This document shows, one piece after another, positions 39,499-49,406 of a stretch of DNA of 64,000 nt (its first letter is position 1; each line of letters opens with the position of its first letter). Under the pieces are notes generated by a model, which saw only the letters and a program-made list of their open reading frames with translations, was not told the DNA's origin and made no database searches. Origin of the DNA: an uncultured Bacillota bacterium (GTDB lineage Bacteria; Bacillota; Clostridia; Christensenellales; UBA1242); assembly GCA_949289785.1 (NCBI GenBank), contig CASEOW010000035.1, positions 13,851 through 77,850 of the forward strand. Reading direction: 5' to 3'. Both the position numbers and the translations under genes were made by a program.

Positions 39499-40404
39499 TT
39501 AAGAAAGAACTCTAGAAAAGTGTTCGTTATAAATTCCTTCTATTGTTCCGGGACCATTTCTCATTGATAAAAGAACATATCTTTGAAATACTTTGTCTAA
39601 AATTAAAGGTTTAAAAAACGGCTTTTTATTGAGATTTTCTATACTATCACTATGAATAGAAGCTAAGATTTTTACACCACTATTGACAGCATATAAAACT
39701 GCGTCTATGTCTTCTTTTTGACCAAGTTCGTCAGTAACAATAATGTTTGGACTTAAAGCGCGTATTCCATTTTCAAATCCTACAGATTTTTTTGCAAAAG
39801 ATATTTTATCACTAAAATTTCCTAAACAACCATCTTCTCCAATATCTAACTCCCCCCTTTCGTCAAGAACTAAAATATTATAAGCATAGTTTCTTTCAGA
39901 TAGTTGATAAATAAAATCTCGCAAAAAAGTTGTTTTTCCTGCTCCTGGTGGAGAAACAACTAAAGTGTTATAGATGCTATTAGTATTCACTATAAAATCA
40001 AAAGCTGATAAAGAACAGTTTTTAATTTCATGTGGTAATCTAATATTAACGCTTGAATAATTAGTCATAGTCTTTATTAAGCCATTTTCTTCAATCAAAT
40101 CACCTCCTAGTCCAAGCCTTATACCACCCTCAGTAATTATAAAACCTTTTTTTATTTGTTCATTTACAGAATATAAAGAACATTCACTTGCTCTAAAAAT
40201 AATATCTTCTATCATGATTTTGCTAGAAATTAATGCATCTTTTAGATTTGCAGTAATTCCATTATTTCCAAGAAAAATTCTTCTACTTCCTATTTGCAAA
40301 ACAATAGGTTTGTTTGCTCGAAGTCTAATTTCATTAATTGAGTTAAAATTAACTTTATATTTAAGTATATTATAAATATCATTTGGCAAAATTTTTTCTA
40401 ACAT
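39499..40404 (-). CDS. spoIIIAA: Stage III sporulation ATPase AA
   Basis: EIRLR...P, GFI...GG.R.G, SPPGAGKTTFLRD, DERGEL, RALSP..I.TDE; upstream CATAGATT is sigma-E -10-like. Confidence 0.95.
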   Translation of the reverse strand: MLEKILPNDIYNILKYKVNFNSINEIRLRANKPIVLQIGSRRIFLGNNGITANLKDALISSKIMIEDIIFRASECSLYSVNEQIKKGFIITEGGIRLGLGGDLIEENGLIKTMTNYSSVNIRLPHEIKNCSLSAFDFIVNTNSIYNTLVVSPPGAGKTTFLRDFIYQLSERNYAYNILVLDERGELDIGEDGCLGNFSDKISFAKKSVGFENGIRALSPNIIVTDELGQKEDIDAVLYAVNSGVKILASIHSDSIENLNKKPFFKPLILDKVFQRYVLLSMRNGPGTIEGIYNEHFSRVLS

Positions 40405-40582
40405 AAATTTATCCTTTGCAATAATCTATGTGTTTCAATTTTTATAATTTCAGATTTGACAACATAAGCTAAAAAATGACTTTTTATTTATAAAAAAACA
40501 CTCGCATTTTGAGTGTTTATAACTATATCAAATTTAAAAATAAGTTTAAATATAAAAAATAAAATAAAATAAAAAAGAGTGA

Positions 40583-41143
40583 TTATTTCACTCTTTCCAT
40601 ATAACTTCCATCTCTAGTATCAATTCTGATTTTATCACCTACATTGATAAATAATGGAACATTCAAAACATATCCTGTTTCAACTTTAGCAGGTTTATTT
40701 GAAGATTTAGCTGTATCACCTTGAACTCCTGGTTCGCAATCTACAACTTCAAGTTCAACAAAAGTTGGAGGATAAACTGAGAATGGATTTCCTTTGTAGA
40801 AATACATTGTGCAATTTTCATTTTCCTTTACAAAATTCAAAGCGTCTTCAACACTATCTCTATTTAATGGAATTTGATCATAAGTTTCAGTATCCATAAA
40901 ATAGTAAATTTCTCCATCATTGTAAAGATAAGTCATTTCTTTCTTTTCAATTATTGCAATTGGGAATTTATCAGATGGATTAAAAGTTGTTTCTTTTACT
41001 TGACCAGTCATAACATTTTTTAATTTAGCTCTTACAAAAGGAGAGCCTTTTCCTGGTTTAACATGTAAAAAATCAACTACTGAATAAACTGCACCATCCA
41101 TTTCAAAAGTAGTTCCTTTTCTAAAATCTCCTGCAAATACCAT
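40583..41143 (-). CDS. efp: Elongation factor P
   Basis: HVKPGKG, PGVQGDT, VPLFIN.GD.I.IDTR.G.Y. Confidence 0.99.
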   Translation of the reverse strand: MVFAGDFRKGTTFEMDGAVYSVVDFLHVKPGKGSPFVRAKLKNVMTGQVKETTFNPSDKFPIAIIEKKEMTYLYNDGEIYYFMDTETYDQIPLNRDSVEDALNFVKENENCTMYFYKGNPFSVYPPTFVELEVVDCEPGVQGDTAKSSNKPAKVETGYVLNVPLFINVGDKIRIDTRDGSYMERVK

Positions 41144-41327
41144 AACTTTCTCCTTATAATTGTTTATTTTTTGTAGTTTTATGTAAACATTATTAAATTT
41201 AACTTTTGAAATATTTGATTTATAAATTATAATAACAATTAAAATAATTTTTTTAAAAATAGATATAAGTTAAAAAGAATTTATTAATTACATAAATACT
41301 AAAATCTATAATATTTTAACATACATA

Positions 41328-42191
41328 TTAGTTTTTGTCTAGTATTTTTTTATAGATTTTTTTCATTATTAAAGCATCATGAGGCATTTTCGTTGCAGAC
41401 TCACAAATAATTCTAGGTGATAAATTATAGTCAATTAATACTTCGGCAAGATTATCAAATTCGGGTCCAAAAATAGTATCATCATAATTTAAATGTTTAA
41501 TTTCTCCTTTTGGTCCAAATTGTATTTTGGAAAAATGAATATGACAATTGTTAGTCTTATCAAACCCTAAATTTTCAATTGAATAATCAAATATTTTTTT
41601 AAAATCATCTTTTGATTTTAAATTTCCTTGTAATAAAGAATTAATATGACCAAAATCAAAAGTAGGAACTAAAATTTTACTTGTCTTACATAAATCAATA
41701 ACTTCTTGATATGTTCCTATTTGCATAGTTTTGCCCATAGTTTCTGGACATAAATATTGATTATCCTTTAAAAGATTTTCATTTTCTATACTTGAAAAGA
41801 AATCTAAAAATCTGTCTTTAGTAAGTTTTAACGCTTCATCTCTTGTTAATTTACCACAAGATGCTGAATGAAAAACTAAGTGATCAGCTTCAAAAGCATT
41901 TAAAAATTTTATACCAGTATAAATGTATCCTTTTGTTTTATTATACATTTCTTCGTCAGGATTAGCAAAATTGATATAAAATGGTGCATGTAGTGATACT
42001 TTTATATTTGCTTCTTTAAATAATTGACCGGCAGTTTTAGCAGTTTCACTACTCATTTGATATCCATGCCCAAAAGAATATTCATAAGCATCAAGACCTT
42101 TGTTTTTTATCCAATTAGGAACTTCTAATATAGATTTATGTCCTTCTTGATAAAATTCATCACTACAACCCGATGGACCAAATAAAACCAT
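41328..42191 (-). CDS. Endonuclease IV-like TIM-barrel protein (AP endonuclease family 2)
   Basis: SLHAPFYINF, VFH, PETMGK..QIG, DFGH, HIHFS, ICES. Confidence 0.85.
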   Translation of the reverse strand: MVLFGPSGCSDEFYQEGHKSILEVPNWIKNKGLDAYEYSFGHGYQMSSETAKTAGQLFKEANIKVSLHAPFYINFANPDEEMYNKTKGYIYTGIKFLNAFEADHLVFHSASCGKLTRDEALKLTKDRFLDFFSSIENENLLKDNQYLCPETMGKTMQIGTYQEVIDLCKTSKILVPTFDFGHINSLLQGNLKSKDDFKKIFDYSIENLGFDKTNNCHIHFSKIQFGPKGEIKHLNYDDTIFGPEFDNLAEVLIDYNLSPRIICESATKMPHDALIMKKIYKKILDKN

Positions 42192-42243
42192 AATTCTCCT
42201 TAATAAAATAGTTTAATTAATTTAGAAACTAAATTTTTTTAAA

Positions 42244-43089
42244 TTAAATTAATCTTAAAGATAATTTTAAATATCCATTTTCAATTATCCCTATGCCTAA
42301 AAATTGATTTAAACTATTATATATTCTATATTTATTTTCGCTTTTTTCGACTTTTATTTTTTGCCCATTTAATAATTTATCATCTTCATTTATATTTAAT
42401 TTGTCGTAATTAAATAAATTATCTAAAGAGATAATTTTAAAATTTCCATTTTTTACATCTTGAATAGAAAAACTATCTTTTAAATCGAAATCTCCACATC
42501 TTGTGCGTAATATATCTTGCATAATACCATAAGTTCCTAAAGCATTTGCAATATCTCTACATAAAGACCTAATGTATGTTCCACTTGAACAATGAACTTT
42601 TAATAAAAAAGCGTTACTTTCAATTTGTTCAAGAACTTCAATATCAAAAATCTCTATTAGTTTTGGTTTTAATATTACATCTTCTCCGTTTCTGGCAAGT
42701 TCATAAGCTTTTTTTCCTTTAATTTTTTTAGCAGAATAAATAGGTGGAAGTTGTTCCATTTTTCCTATAAATTTTTTACATACTTCAATTAAATCTTTTT
42801 TAGATACTTGAACATCGTTATAGTTTGTAATTACACCTTCTCTATCTAATGTGTCAGATGTAACACCAAATTTAAAAGTAGTTAAGTATATTTTATCTTT
42901 GTTTAGAAAATAATCAAAAAGTTTAGTTCCTTTACCTAATGTAATAGGTAAAAGTCCTCTACCTAAAACATCTAGTGTTCCTAAATGACCCGCTTTGCTT
43001 GCTCCTAAAACATGTTTAACTTTATTAACGACTGAGTTTGAAGATATTCCACTTTCTTTATTAATTAATATAATACCATTGATTTCCAT
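42244..43089 (-). CDS. truB: tRNA pseudouridine(55) synthase
   Basis: KAGHLGTLD, QLPPIYSAKK, CSSGTYIRSL. Confidence 0.97.
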   Translation of the reverse strand: MEINGIILINKESGISSNSVVNKVKHVLGASKAGHLGTLDVLGRGLLPITLGKGTKLFDYFLNKDKIYLTTFKFGVTSDTLDREGVITNYNDVQVSKKDLIEVCKKFIGKMEQLPPIYSAKKIKGKKAYELARNGEDVILKPKLIEIFDIEVLEQIESNAFLLKVHCSSGTYIRSLCRDIANALGTYGIMQDILRTRCGDFDLKDSFSIQDVKNGNFKIISLDNLFNYDKLNINEDDKLLNGQKIKVEKSENKYRIYNSLNQFLGIGIIENGYLKLSLRLI

Positions 43090-43092
43090 ATT

Positions 43093-44058
43093 CTATCTAT
43101 TATCCTTAATAGCTTTTAACACCATTTCTTTTACATTATCAATATCATTATTAAATATTTTAGCTCCTGAAGCACAAATGTGTCCACCACCGCCTAAAGT
43201 ATTTGCAATTTTTCTAACATCATGCCCTGCTTTTGAACGAAAAGATATTTCAAAATATCCTTCTTTGCTTTCCACAATAGAAAAGCTTATATTGATATTT
43301 TCAAAAGATATTAACTCACTGCTAAAACCACTACAATCGTTTTTATCACCATTTAATATTTCTAATTGTTGTTTATTGATAAGACAGTAAGCTATATCAT
43401 CTTCTTCCTTATAATTAGATAATAAATACTTTTTAAATGCAATTCCTTTTCTTGTTTTAGTTCTATAAAGCTTTTCATTAATATAAGATAAGTTTGCCCC
43501 ATATTCACTTAAATTTTGAGCTACATAAAAAGAAAATGAATTTGTATTTGTATTTACAAAAGAATTAGTATCTGAAGAAAGCCCAGTATATAAAAATGAA
43601 GCGATTTCTTTAGTTATTTTAAAATTACAATATTTTAAAATAATAAAAATCATTTCACAAGATGAACTAAAATCAGTATTTATAAAATTAAAGCTACCTT
43701 TTAAATCAATGTTTTGATGATGGTCTATTATTATCTTATTTTCTTCATTAAAGTTTTTGACAAAATCACCAAAATCACCTAACCTATTTATTGAAGGTGT
43801 ATCTGTCGTGATAACTAAATCAAAATTTAGATTACTTATTGTTTCTTTGCAAATTTCTTTTTCATCAAAAAGTAACTTTTGCTTATACGTTAATTCATCA
43901 GTTACAAATAGTTGAACTTTTTTACCTTGATTTCTTAATGCATAAAGCAAAGCGTAAGTTGAACCTAAAGCATCAAAATCAGGATTTAAATGTGTAAATA
44001 AAGCTACATTATTAGATTTTTTAATTTTATTTTTTATTTGTTTAAATAATTTATTCAT
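43093..44058 (-). CDS. nrnA: DHH/DHHA1 oligoribonuclease / pAp phosphatase
   Basis: H.NPD.DALGS, IIDHH, SDT.SF, SFRS, GGGGH..ASG; between rbfA and truB. Confidence 0.9.
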   Translation of the reverse strand: MNKLFKQIKNKIKKSNNVALFTHLNPDFDALGSTYALLYALRNQGKKVQLFVTDELTYKQKLLFDEKEICKETISNLNFDLVITTDTPSINRLGDFGDFVKNFNEENKIIIDHHQNIDLKGSFNFINTDFSSSCEMIFIILKYCNFKITKEIASFLYTGLSSDTNSFVNTNTNSFSFYVAQNLSEYGANLSYINEKLYRTKTRKGIAFKKYLLSNYKEEDDIAYCLINKQQLEILNGDKNDCSGFSSELISFENINISFSIVESKEGYFEISFRSKAGHDVRKIANTLGGGGHICASGAKIFNNDIDNVKEMVLKAIKDNR

Positions 44059-44419
44059 CTATATCCTCATCTTTTGGAATATTTAAATTTTTCAATATTT
44101 CATTAATTCTAACAGTTGCATTAGTTCCTTTATCTATTTCAAAATGCAATTTAGGAACACTAGGCATCTTTACTAATATTGCAAGTTCGCGTTTAATAAA
44201 TCCCTCAGCATCTTGTAAAATTTTTATATTTTTTTCTAATTCTTCTGAATTTTCACTATCTAATGCTATTTTAATTTTACAATGTTTAAAATCCTTTGTA
44301 ATATTAACTTCACTCACGTAAAGCAAAGGATTTAAATGAGGATTGTTCATTTTAGTTTGTATTATAAGTGATAAACATCTTTGAATTTCACTATTTGCTC
44401 TTTCAAATCTTAATGACAT
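44051..44419 (-). CDS. rbfA: Ribosome-binding factor A
   Basis: R.ER..SEI, V.IT.D, GFIKREL, VPKLHF..D; follows infB. Confidence 0.92.
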   Translation of the reverse strand: MSLRFERANSEIQRCLSLIIQTKMNNPHLNPLLYVSEVNITKDFKHCKIKIALDSENSEELEKNIKILQDAEGFIKRELAILVKMPSVPKLHFEIDKGTNATVRINEILKNLNIPKDEDIDE

Positions 44420-44543
44420 AATAAATTTCTCCTTTTATAATACTTATAATTTACGATAATAAAATTTATATAATAATTAAATAAAGGAAAGTTAATACTT
44501 TCCTTTATATTATACAATATTTGAATTTTAAATCAAAATAAAT

Positions 44544-47024
44544 TTATCTTTTAACAACTTCTTTTGAATAGAATTCTATTGTATCTCCTTCTTTAAAATC
44601 AATATTATCTCTAAGTTTAATACCGCATTCAAAACCTTTTACAACTTCAGATTTTTCATCTTTTACTATTTTTAAAGATTCAATGCTACTCTGTCCTATT
44701 TCTTCACCATTGCGTTTTACATATGCTATAGCATTTCTAGTAGCTTTACCTTCTTTTATATAACATCCAGCAACTTTTCCGGCACTAGACAATTTAAATA
44801 CCATTCTAATTTCTGCATAACCAATATAAACTTCTTCATATTTAATGCTTAACATTCCATTAATAGCATTTGTGATATCATCTACAACTTCATAAATAAT
44901 TTTATATTCTTTAATTTCTACTTTTGTCTTTTCAGCTAATATTTTGGCTTTAGCTACAGGTTTTTGATTAAAACAAATTATAATAGAATCTGTTGTTTTA
45001 GCAAGGTCTACATCACTTTCAGTAACAGCACCTGCTCCACTATGAACGATATTTACTTTAGCCTCTTCATTTTTAATGCCAATAAGAACATTTTTTAATG
45101 CTTCAACAGAACCCATTGTGTCAGCTTTGATTATAATATTTAAGTTTTTAAGTGAACCTTCTTGTACCCTATTCATAAATGTATCTAAAGTTACACCAGA
45201 AGATTGAGTTGCTCTTTGTTTCTTAATATTAGTTATTCTTTCTTGAATTACTTGTTTTGAAAGTGATTCAGCAACAGCATAAACTTGGTCTCCTGCACTT
45301 GGTACATCATTTAAACCTAAAATTTCAACAGGAGTAGATGGAGGAGCGAATTTGACAGGTTTTCCTTTATCGTTAAACATTGCTCTTACTTTTCCATAAG
45401 TCAAGCCTGACATGATAGAATCGCCAACATGTAAAGTGCCATTTTGCACTATTATAGAAGCGACAGCTCCACGATTTTTATCAAGTTCAGCTTCAATAAC
45501 AACTCCAGTAGCCATTTTATCATTATTTGCTTTTAAATCAAGCATTTCGCTAACTAATAATATAGCTTGTTTCAAATCGTCTAATCCTGTTCCTTTTTTT
45601 GCAGATATAGGAACGCATATAGCATCTCCACCCCATTCTTCAGGTAATACATTATGTTCTGCTAATTGTTGCTTAATTCTATCTGGATTAGCTTCTGGTT
45701 TATCCATTTTGTTTATAGCTACAATAATAGGAACATTTGCAGCTTTAATATGGTTTATCGCTTCAATAGTTTGTGGCATTACACCATCATCTGCAGCAAC
45801 AATTAAAATTGCTATATCAGTAGCTTTAGCTCCTCTAGCTCTCATTTGTGTAAATGCTGCATGTCCAGGAGTATCAATAAATGTTATTTTTTCACCATTA
45901 AATTCTATTTGATAAGCACCTATGCTTTGAGTGATACCACCTGCTTCTCCAGCAACAACATTAGTTTTTCTAAATGCATCAAGAAGAGAAGTTTTACCAT
46001 GGTCTACATGTCCCATAACAGCAACTATAGGAGGTCTTTTTGTAAGTTTACTTGCATCATCTTCTTCATTAGCAGATTCAAGTAATTTTTCTTCAAATGA
46101 TTTATCTAATTTTAATTCAAGAGTAATACCAAAGTCACTTGCAACAAGTTCTGCAGTTTCAAAATCTATATTTGAATTTATTGTAGCCATAATTCCAAGA
46201 AGCATTAGTTTTTTAACAATTTCTGTAACTGGTTTTCCAATCTTTTCACTAAAATCTTTGACAGTAATTTCTTTTGCAGTAATTGTTGCATGAGTTATAG
46301 TTATAATATTTTTTTCAACTACTTCTTTTTTCTTTTTTACACTTTTTTTGGATCCAAAAGAAATTTCTTCATATCCATTTTCATCTTCTATGAATATATT
46401 ATTTTTTCTTTGTTCATCTCTTTTTTTACCTTGAGATTTTCTTTCATCATTATTATTAGAATGTTTTTGAGCAAACTTAGCTTTATTGGCAAAACTTTTT
46501 TCAGACTTAAAATCTATTTCAGGCAAATCGTTTGAAACAAATGATTTAAAACTATTAGCTTTTGAAGATATAAAATTAGTTCCTGGCTTTTTATTAAATT
46601 GATTGTTATTTTTATTTTGATTAAATTTATTAAAATCTTTTTTATCCTTATTGAAACCAGTACGATTTTTATCAAAAGGTTTATTAAAATTATTCTGTCT
46701 GTTATAACCGTTTCCTGAAGTATTTTTTTGATTATAAATATTTCCGGCAGATTGTTTGTCGTTAAAAGTTTTCTTATTATCAAAACTTTCATTTTTTTTA
46801 ATTTCAACAGTTTTTGGATTTTCGTTTTTTATAATATTTTCAGGTTCTTTAACTGTTGTTTCTATCTTTTTATTTTGTAACTCTTTTTTCTGTTGTATAA
46901 TTTGATTAGAAAAAACATCAACTTTTGATTTTGAAATTTTGATTTCTTTTAAAAGTTGTGATATTTCACCTAATTTTTGTAAATCATGTATCTTTTTTAA
47001 ATTCTGTAAAGTTTGATTTGCCAA
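44544..47024 (-). CDS. infB: Translation initiation factor IF-2
   Basis: RPPIVAVMGHVDHGKTSLLD, DTPGH, NKMD; TTG start behind AAGGAG. Confidence 0.99.
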   Translation of the reverse strand: MANQTLQNLKKIHDLQKLGEISQLLKEIKISKSKVDVFSNQIIQQKKELQNKKIETTVKEPENIIKNENPKTVEIKKNESFDNKKTFNDKQSAGNIYNQKNTSGNGYNRQNNFNKPFDKNRTGFNKDKKDFNKFNQNKNNNQFNKKPGTNFISSKANSFKSFVSNDLPEIDFKSEKSFANKAKFAQKHSNNNDERKSQGKKRDEQRKNNIFIEDENGYEEISFGSKKSVKKKKEVVEKNIITITHATITAKEITVKDFSEKIGKPVTEIVKKLMLLGIMATINSNIDFETAELVASDFGITLELKLDKSFEEKLLESANEEDDASKLTKRPPIVAVMGHVDHGKTSLLDAFRKTNVVAGEAGGITQSIGAYQIEFNGEKITFIDTPGHAAFTQMRARGAKATDIAILIVAADDGVMPQTIEAINHIKAANVPIIVAINKMDKPEANPDRIKQQLAEHNVLPEEWGGDAICVPISAKKGTGLDDLKQAILLVSEMLDLKANNDKMATGVVIEAELDKNRGAVASIIVQNGTLHVGDSIMSGLTYGKVRAMFNDKGKPVKFAPPSTPVEILGLNDVPSAGDQVYAVAESLSKQVIQERITNIKKQRATQSSGVTLDTFMNRVQEGSLKNLNIIIKADTMGSVEALKNVLIGIKNEEAKVNIVHSGAGAVTESDVDLAKTTDSIIICFNQKPVAKAKILAEKTKVEIKEYKIIYEVVDDITNAINGMLSIKYEEVYIGYAEIRMVFKLSSAGKVAGCYIKEGKATRNAIAYVKRNGEEIGQSSIESLKIVKDEKSEVVKGFECGIKLRDNIDFKEGDTIEFYSKEVVKR

Positions 47025-47036
47025 GTTTTGCTCCTT

Positions 47037-47333
47037 TTATTCTACTATTATATTATATATAATATCACTTAAATTCTTATTTTTCAAGGCTATTATTTTA
47101 CAATTATTTATTTTTATATATTCATTTAAATTTTTTAATTCAAGTGTTCTAATATTATTGTTTACTAGATTGTTAATTATTTTACAAGTATTTTTTTTTA
47201 TGTCATCATCATATAAAACAAGATAAATTTTACGATTATGTTGTAAAGCTTTTGAAATATTTTCGCCCCCTACAATTACATAACCTGCTTTTATAGCTAT
47301 GTTTAAATAGCCTAAAAGTTTATTTTTGTCCAA
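47037..47333 (-). CDS. L7Ae-family RNA-binding protein (YlxQ-like)
   Basis: LLGYL.IA.KAG.V..G; position in the nusA-infB operon. Confidence 0.8.
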   Translation of the reverse strand: MDKNKLLGYLNIAIKAGYVIVGGENISKALQHNRKIYLVLYDDDIKKNTCKIINNLVNNNIRTLELKNLNEYIKINNCKIIALKNKNLSDIIYNIIVE

Positions 47334-47577
47334 GAATATTCTCCTTTATTTCTTCGTATATTTTTTCATCGATTTGTGTCTTAAAAGTTTTGTTTAAAAT
47401 TTTATTTTTACAGAGTTTATTTAGACACTCTTCATTAGAACAAATATAAGCTCCTCTTCCATTTTTTTTACCTGTTTTGTCATAAAAAATGTTTCCATCT
47501 TTATCCTTAACTATACGATTAAGTTGTTTTTTATCATACATATTTCTACAAATAATACACATTCTTAATCTTTCCAT
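47320..47577 (-). CDS. ylxR: YlxR (RnpM) family protein
   Basis: RMCIICR..KK.L.RIV, GKKNGRGAYIC. Confidence 0.95.
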   Translation of the reverse strand: MERLRMCIICRNMYDKKQLNRIVKDKDGNIFYDKTGKKNGRGAYICSNEECLNKLCKNKILNKTFKTQIDEKIYEEIKENILGQK

Positions 47578-47595
47578 ATAAATCCTTTTATTTAA

Positions 47596-48750
47596 TTAAT
47601 TTTCTTCGTCATCTATAGGTGTTATATCTTCTAAATCGTTGAAACCTGCGAAAGCATCTTCATCGTTAAGTTCAGTAAGCTCATATTCAGTTTGATTAGA
47701 ATCGCTATTTTGAATAGAACTAGCAGGTTTAACTTCTATTTTCCAACCAGTAAGTCTAGCAGCAAGACGAACATTTTGACCATTTTTACCAATAGCAAGA
47801 GATAATTTATCATCAGGTACTATAACTCTAGAAGAGTGTAAACTTTCGTTTGTTTCTACACTTATAACAGTTGCAGGACTGAGAGATTTAGCTATATATT
47901 CAAGAGGATCATCACTATATTCAATTAAATCTATTTTTTCTCCATTTAATTCTGAAGTTATAGTATCAATTCTTTGACCATGGAAGCCAACACATGTTCC
48001 AATTGGATCAATATTTGCTTTTTCTGTATAAACAGCAACTTTTGTTCTATTGCCTGGGTCACGAGAAATATTTTTTATTTTAATATCTCCTGAAGTTATT
48101 TCTGGAATTTCCAATTCAAATAATTTTCTCACAAAACCAATGTTACTTCTTGTAACTTGAACTTGAGTTCCTTTAAATGAATCTTTTATTTTTTTGACAT
48201 AAACCTTAACTCTGTCTCCAATATTATATTTTTCGCCTGGAATTTGATCTGAAGGAAGCATAACTCCTTCAGTATGAGTATTTGAAAGTTGTAAATATAT
48301 TGTGCCGTTGTCTATTCTTTTAACGATAGTAGTTAAGATTTCATCCTCTTTTTCAGATAATTCATTAAGAGCCATTTGTCTTTCCATTTCTTTGAGTTTT
48401 TGCATAACTACTTGTTTAGCAGTTTGAGCAGCAATTCTACCAAAATCTTTAGTAGACTCTTCAGTTTGGACAATATCACCAATATCGTAAGATTTTTTTA
48501 TTAATCTTGCTTCTGAAAGTGAAATTTCTTTATCTGGATCTTGCACTTGATCTACAACTGTTTTGTAAGAAAAAATTCTAATAGTTGCTTTTTCTGGATT
48601 TAATTTAACCATTGCACTCTTAGCTTCTCCATACATTTTTTTATAAGCTGAAGTTAATGCAGTTTCTAAAGTAGCTATAAAAGTTTCTTTATTAATTTTC
48701 TTTTCATTTTCTAAATCTTCAAGTGCTTGAAAAAAATCTTTATTTATCAT
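47596..48750 (-). CDS. nusA: Transcription termination/antitermination factor NusA
   Basis: FGRIAAQTAKQV, LFELEIPEI, LSLAIGKNGQNVRLAA. Confidence 0.99.
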   Translation of the reverse strand: MINKDFFQALEDLENEKKINKETFIATLETALTSAYKKMYGEAKSAMVKLNPEKATIRIFSYKTVVDQVQDPDKEISLSEARLIKKSYDIGDIVQTEESTKDFGRIAAQTAKQVVMQKLKEMERQMALNELSEKEDEILTTIVKRIDNGTIYLQLSNTHTEGVMLPSDQIPGEKYNIGDRVKVYVKKIKDSFKGTQVQVTRSNIGFVRKLFELEIPEITSGDIKIKNISRDPGNRTKVAVYTEKANIDPIGTCVGFHGQRIDTITSELNGEKIDLIEYSDDPLEYIAKSLSPATVISVETNESLHSSRVIVPDDKLSLAIGKNGQNVRLAARLTGWKIEVKPASSIQNSDSNQTEYELTELNDEDAFAGFNDLEDITPIDDEEN

Positions 48751-48762
48751 TTTAAAATCTCC

Positions 48763-49224
48763 TTAAAATTTAATAATTGGCACAATATGTGCTATTTTAT
48801 CTTTTTCAATAATTAAAGGTTCCCCTTTATATATAATAGTAACTGTTTTTTCATCAAAATTTTCTAAAACGCCTTCAAATTTTTTAATTCCATTTATTTT
48901 TGAAAACAATGTTATAGAAATTTCTTTTCCCAGATTTCTATTATAATCCCTGATAGTTTTTAAAGGTCTATCTATACCAGGTGAACTTATACTCAAGATA
49001 TAAGGTTGATCATCTGTAGGATTTAATTGTTCTATCAATTCATCTATTTCTTTTGATACTTTTTCACAATCCTCAATTTGAATTCCTTGATCATTGTCTA
49101 TATAAAAAACCAAATTCATACCATCTGATTTTTTACTGTATTCAATATCAACAACATCATATCCCATTTGTTCAATAATAGGAACTACTTTTTCTTGGCA
49201 TAAAGTTTTTACTTTTCCAGCCAT
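48763..49224 (-). CDS. rimP: Ribosome maturation factor RimP
   Basis: YID...GI..EDCE.VS, Y.L.ISSPGIDRPL. Confidence 0.97.
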   Translation of the reverse strand: MAGKVKTLCQEKVVPIIEQMGYDVVDIEYSKKSDGMNLVFYIDNDQGIQIEDCEKVSKEIDELIEQLNPTDDQPYILSISSPGIDRPLKTIRDYNRNLGKEISITLFSKINGIKKFEGVLENFDEKTVTIIYKGEPLIIEKDKIAHIVPIIKF

Positions 49225-49244
49225 TAATTTCCCCCTTTTACGAA

Positions 49245-49281
49245 GTAGGGAGCGAACAATTTCTGCTCGCTCCCACTCTAA
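49245..49281 (-). promoter_or_regulatory. rimP-nusA leader hairpin
   Basis: AGTGGGAGCGAGCAG..TTGTTCGCTCCCTAC GC-rich stem upstream of the rimP RBS. Confidence 0.6.
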
Positions 49282-49406
49282 GTCATATTTATTATAACAA
49301 ATGTTATAAATTAAATCAAGTATTTTAAAAAAAATGTTAAAAATAATTGAAATTTTTATAAATAAAATTAAGTTTGATTTAAATATTTTATTAAAAATAT
49401 AGAAAG

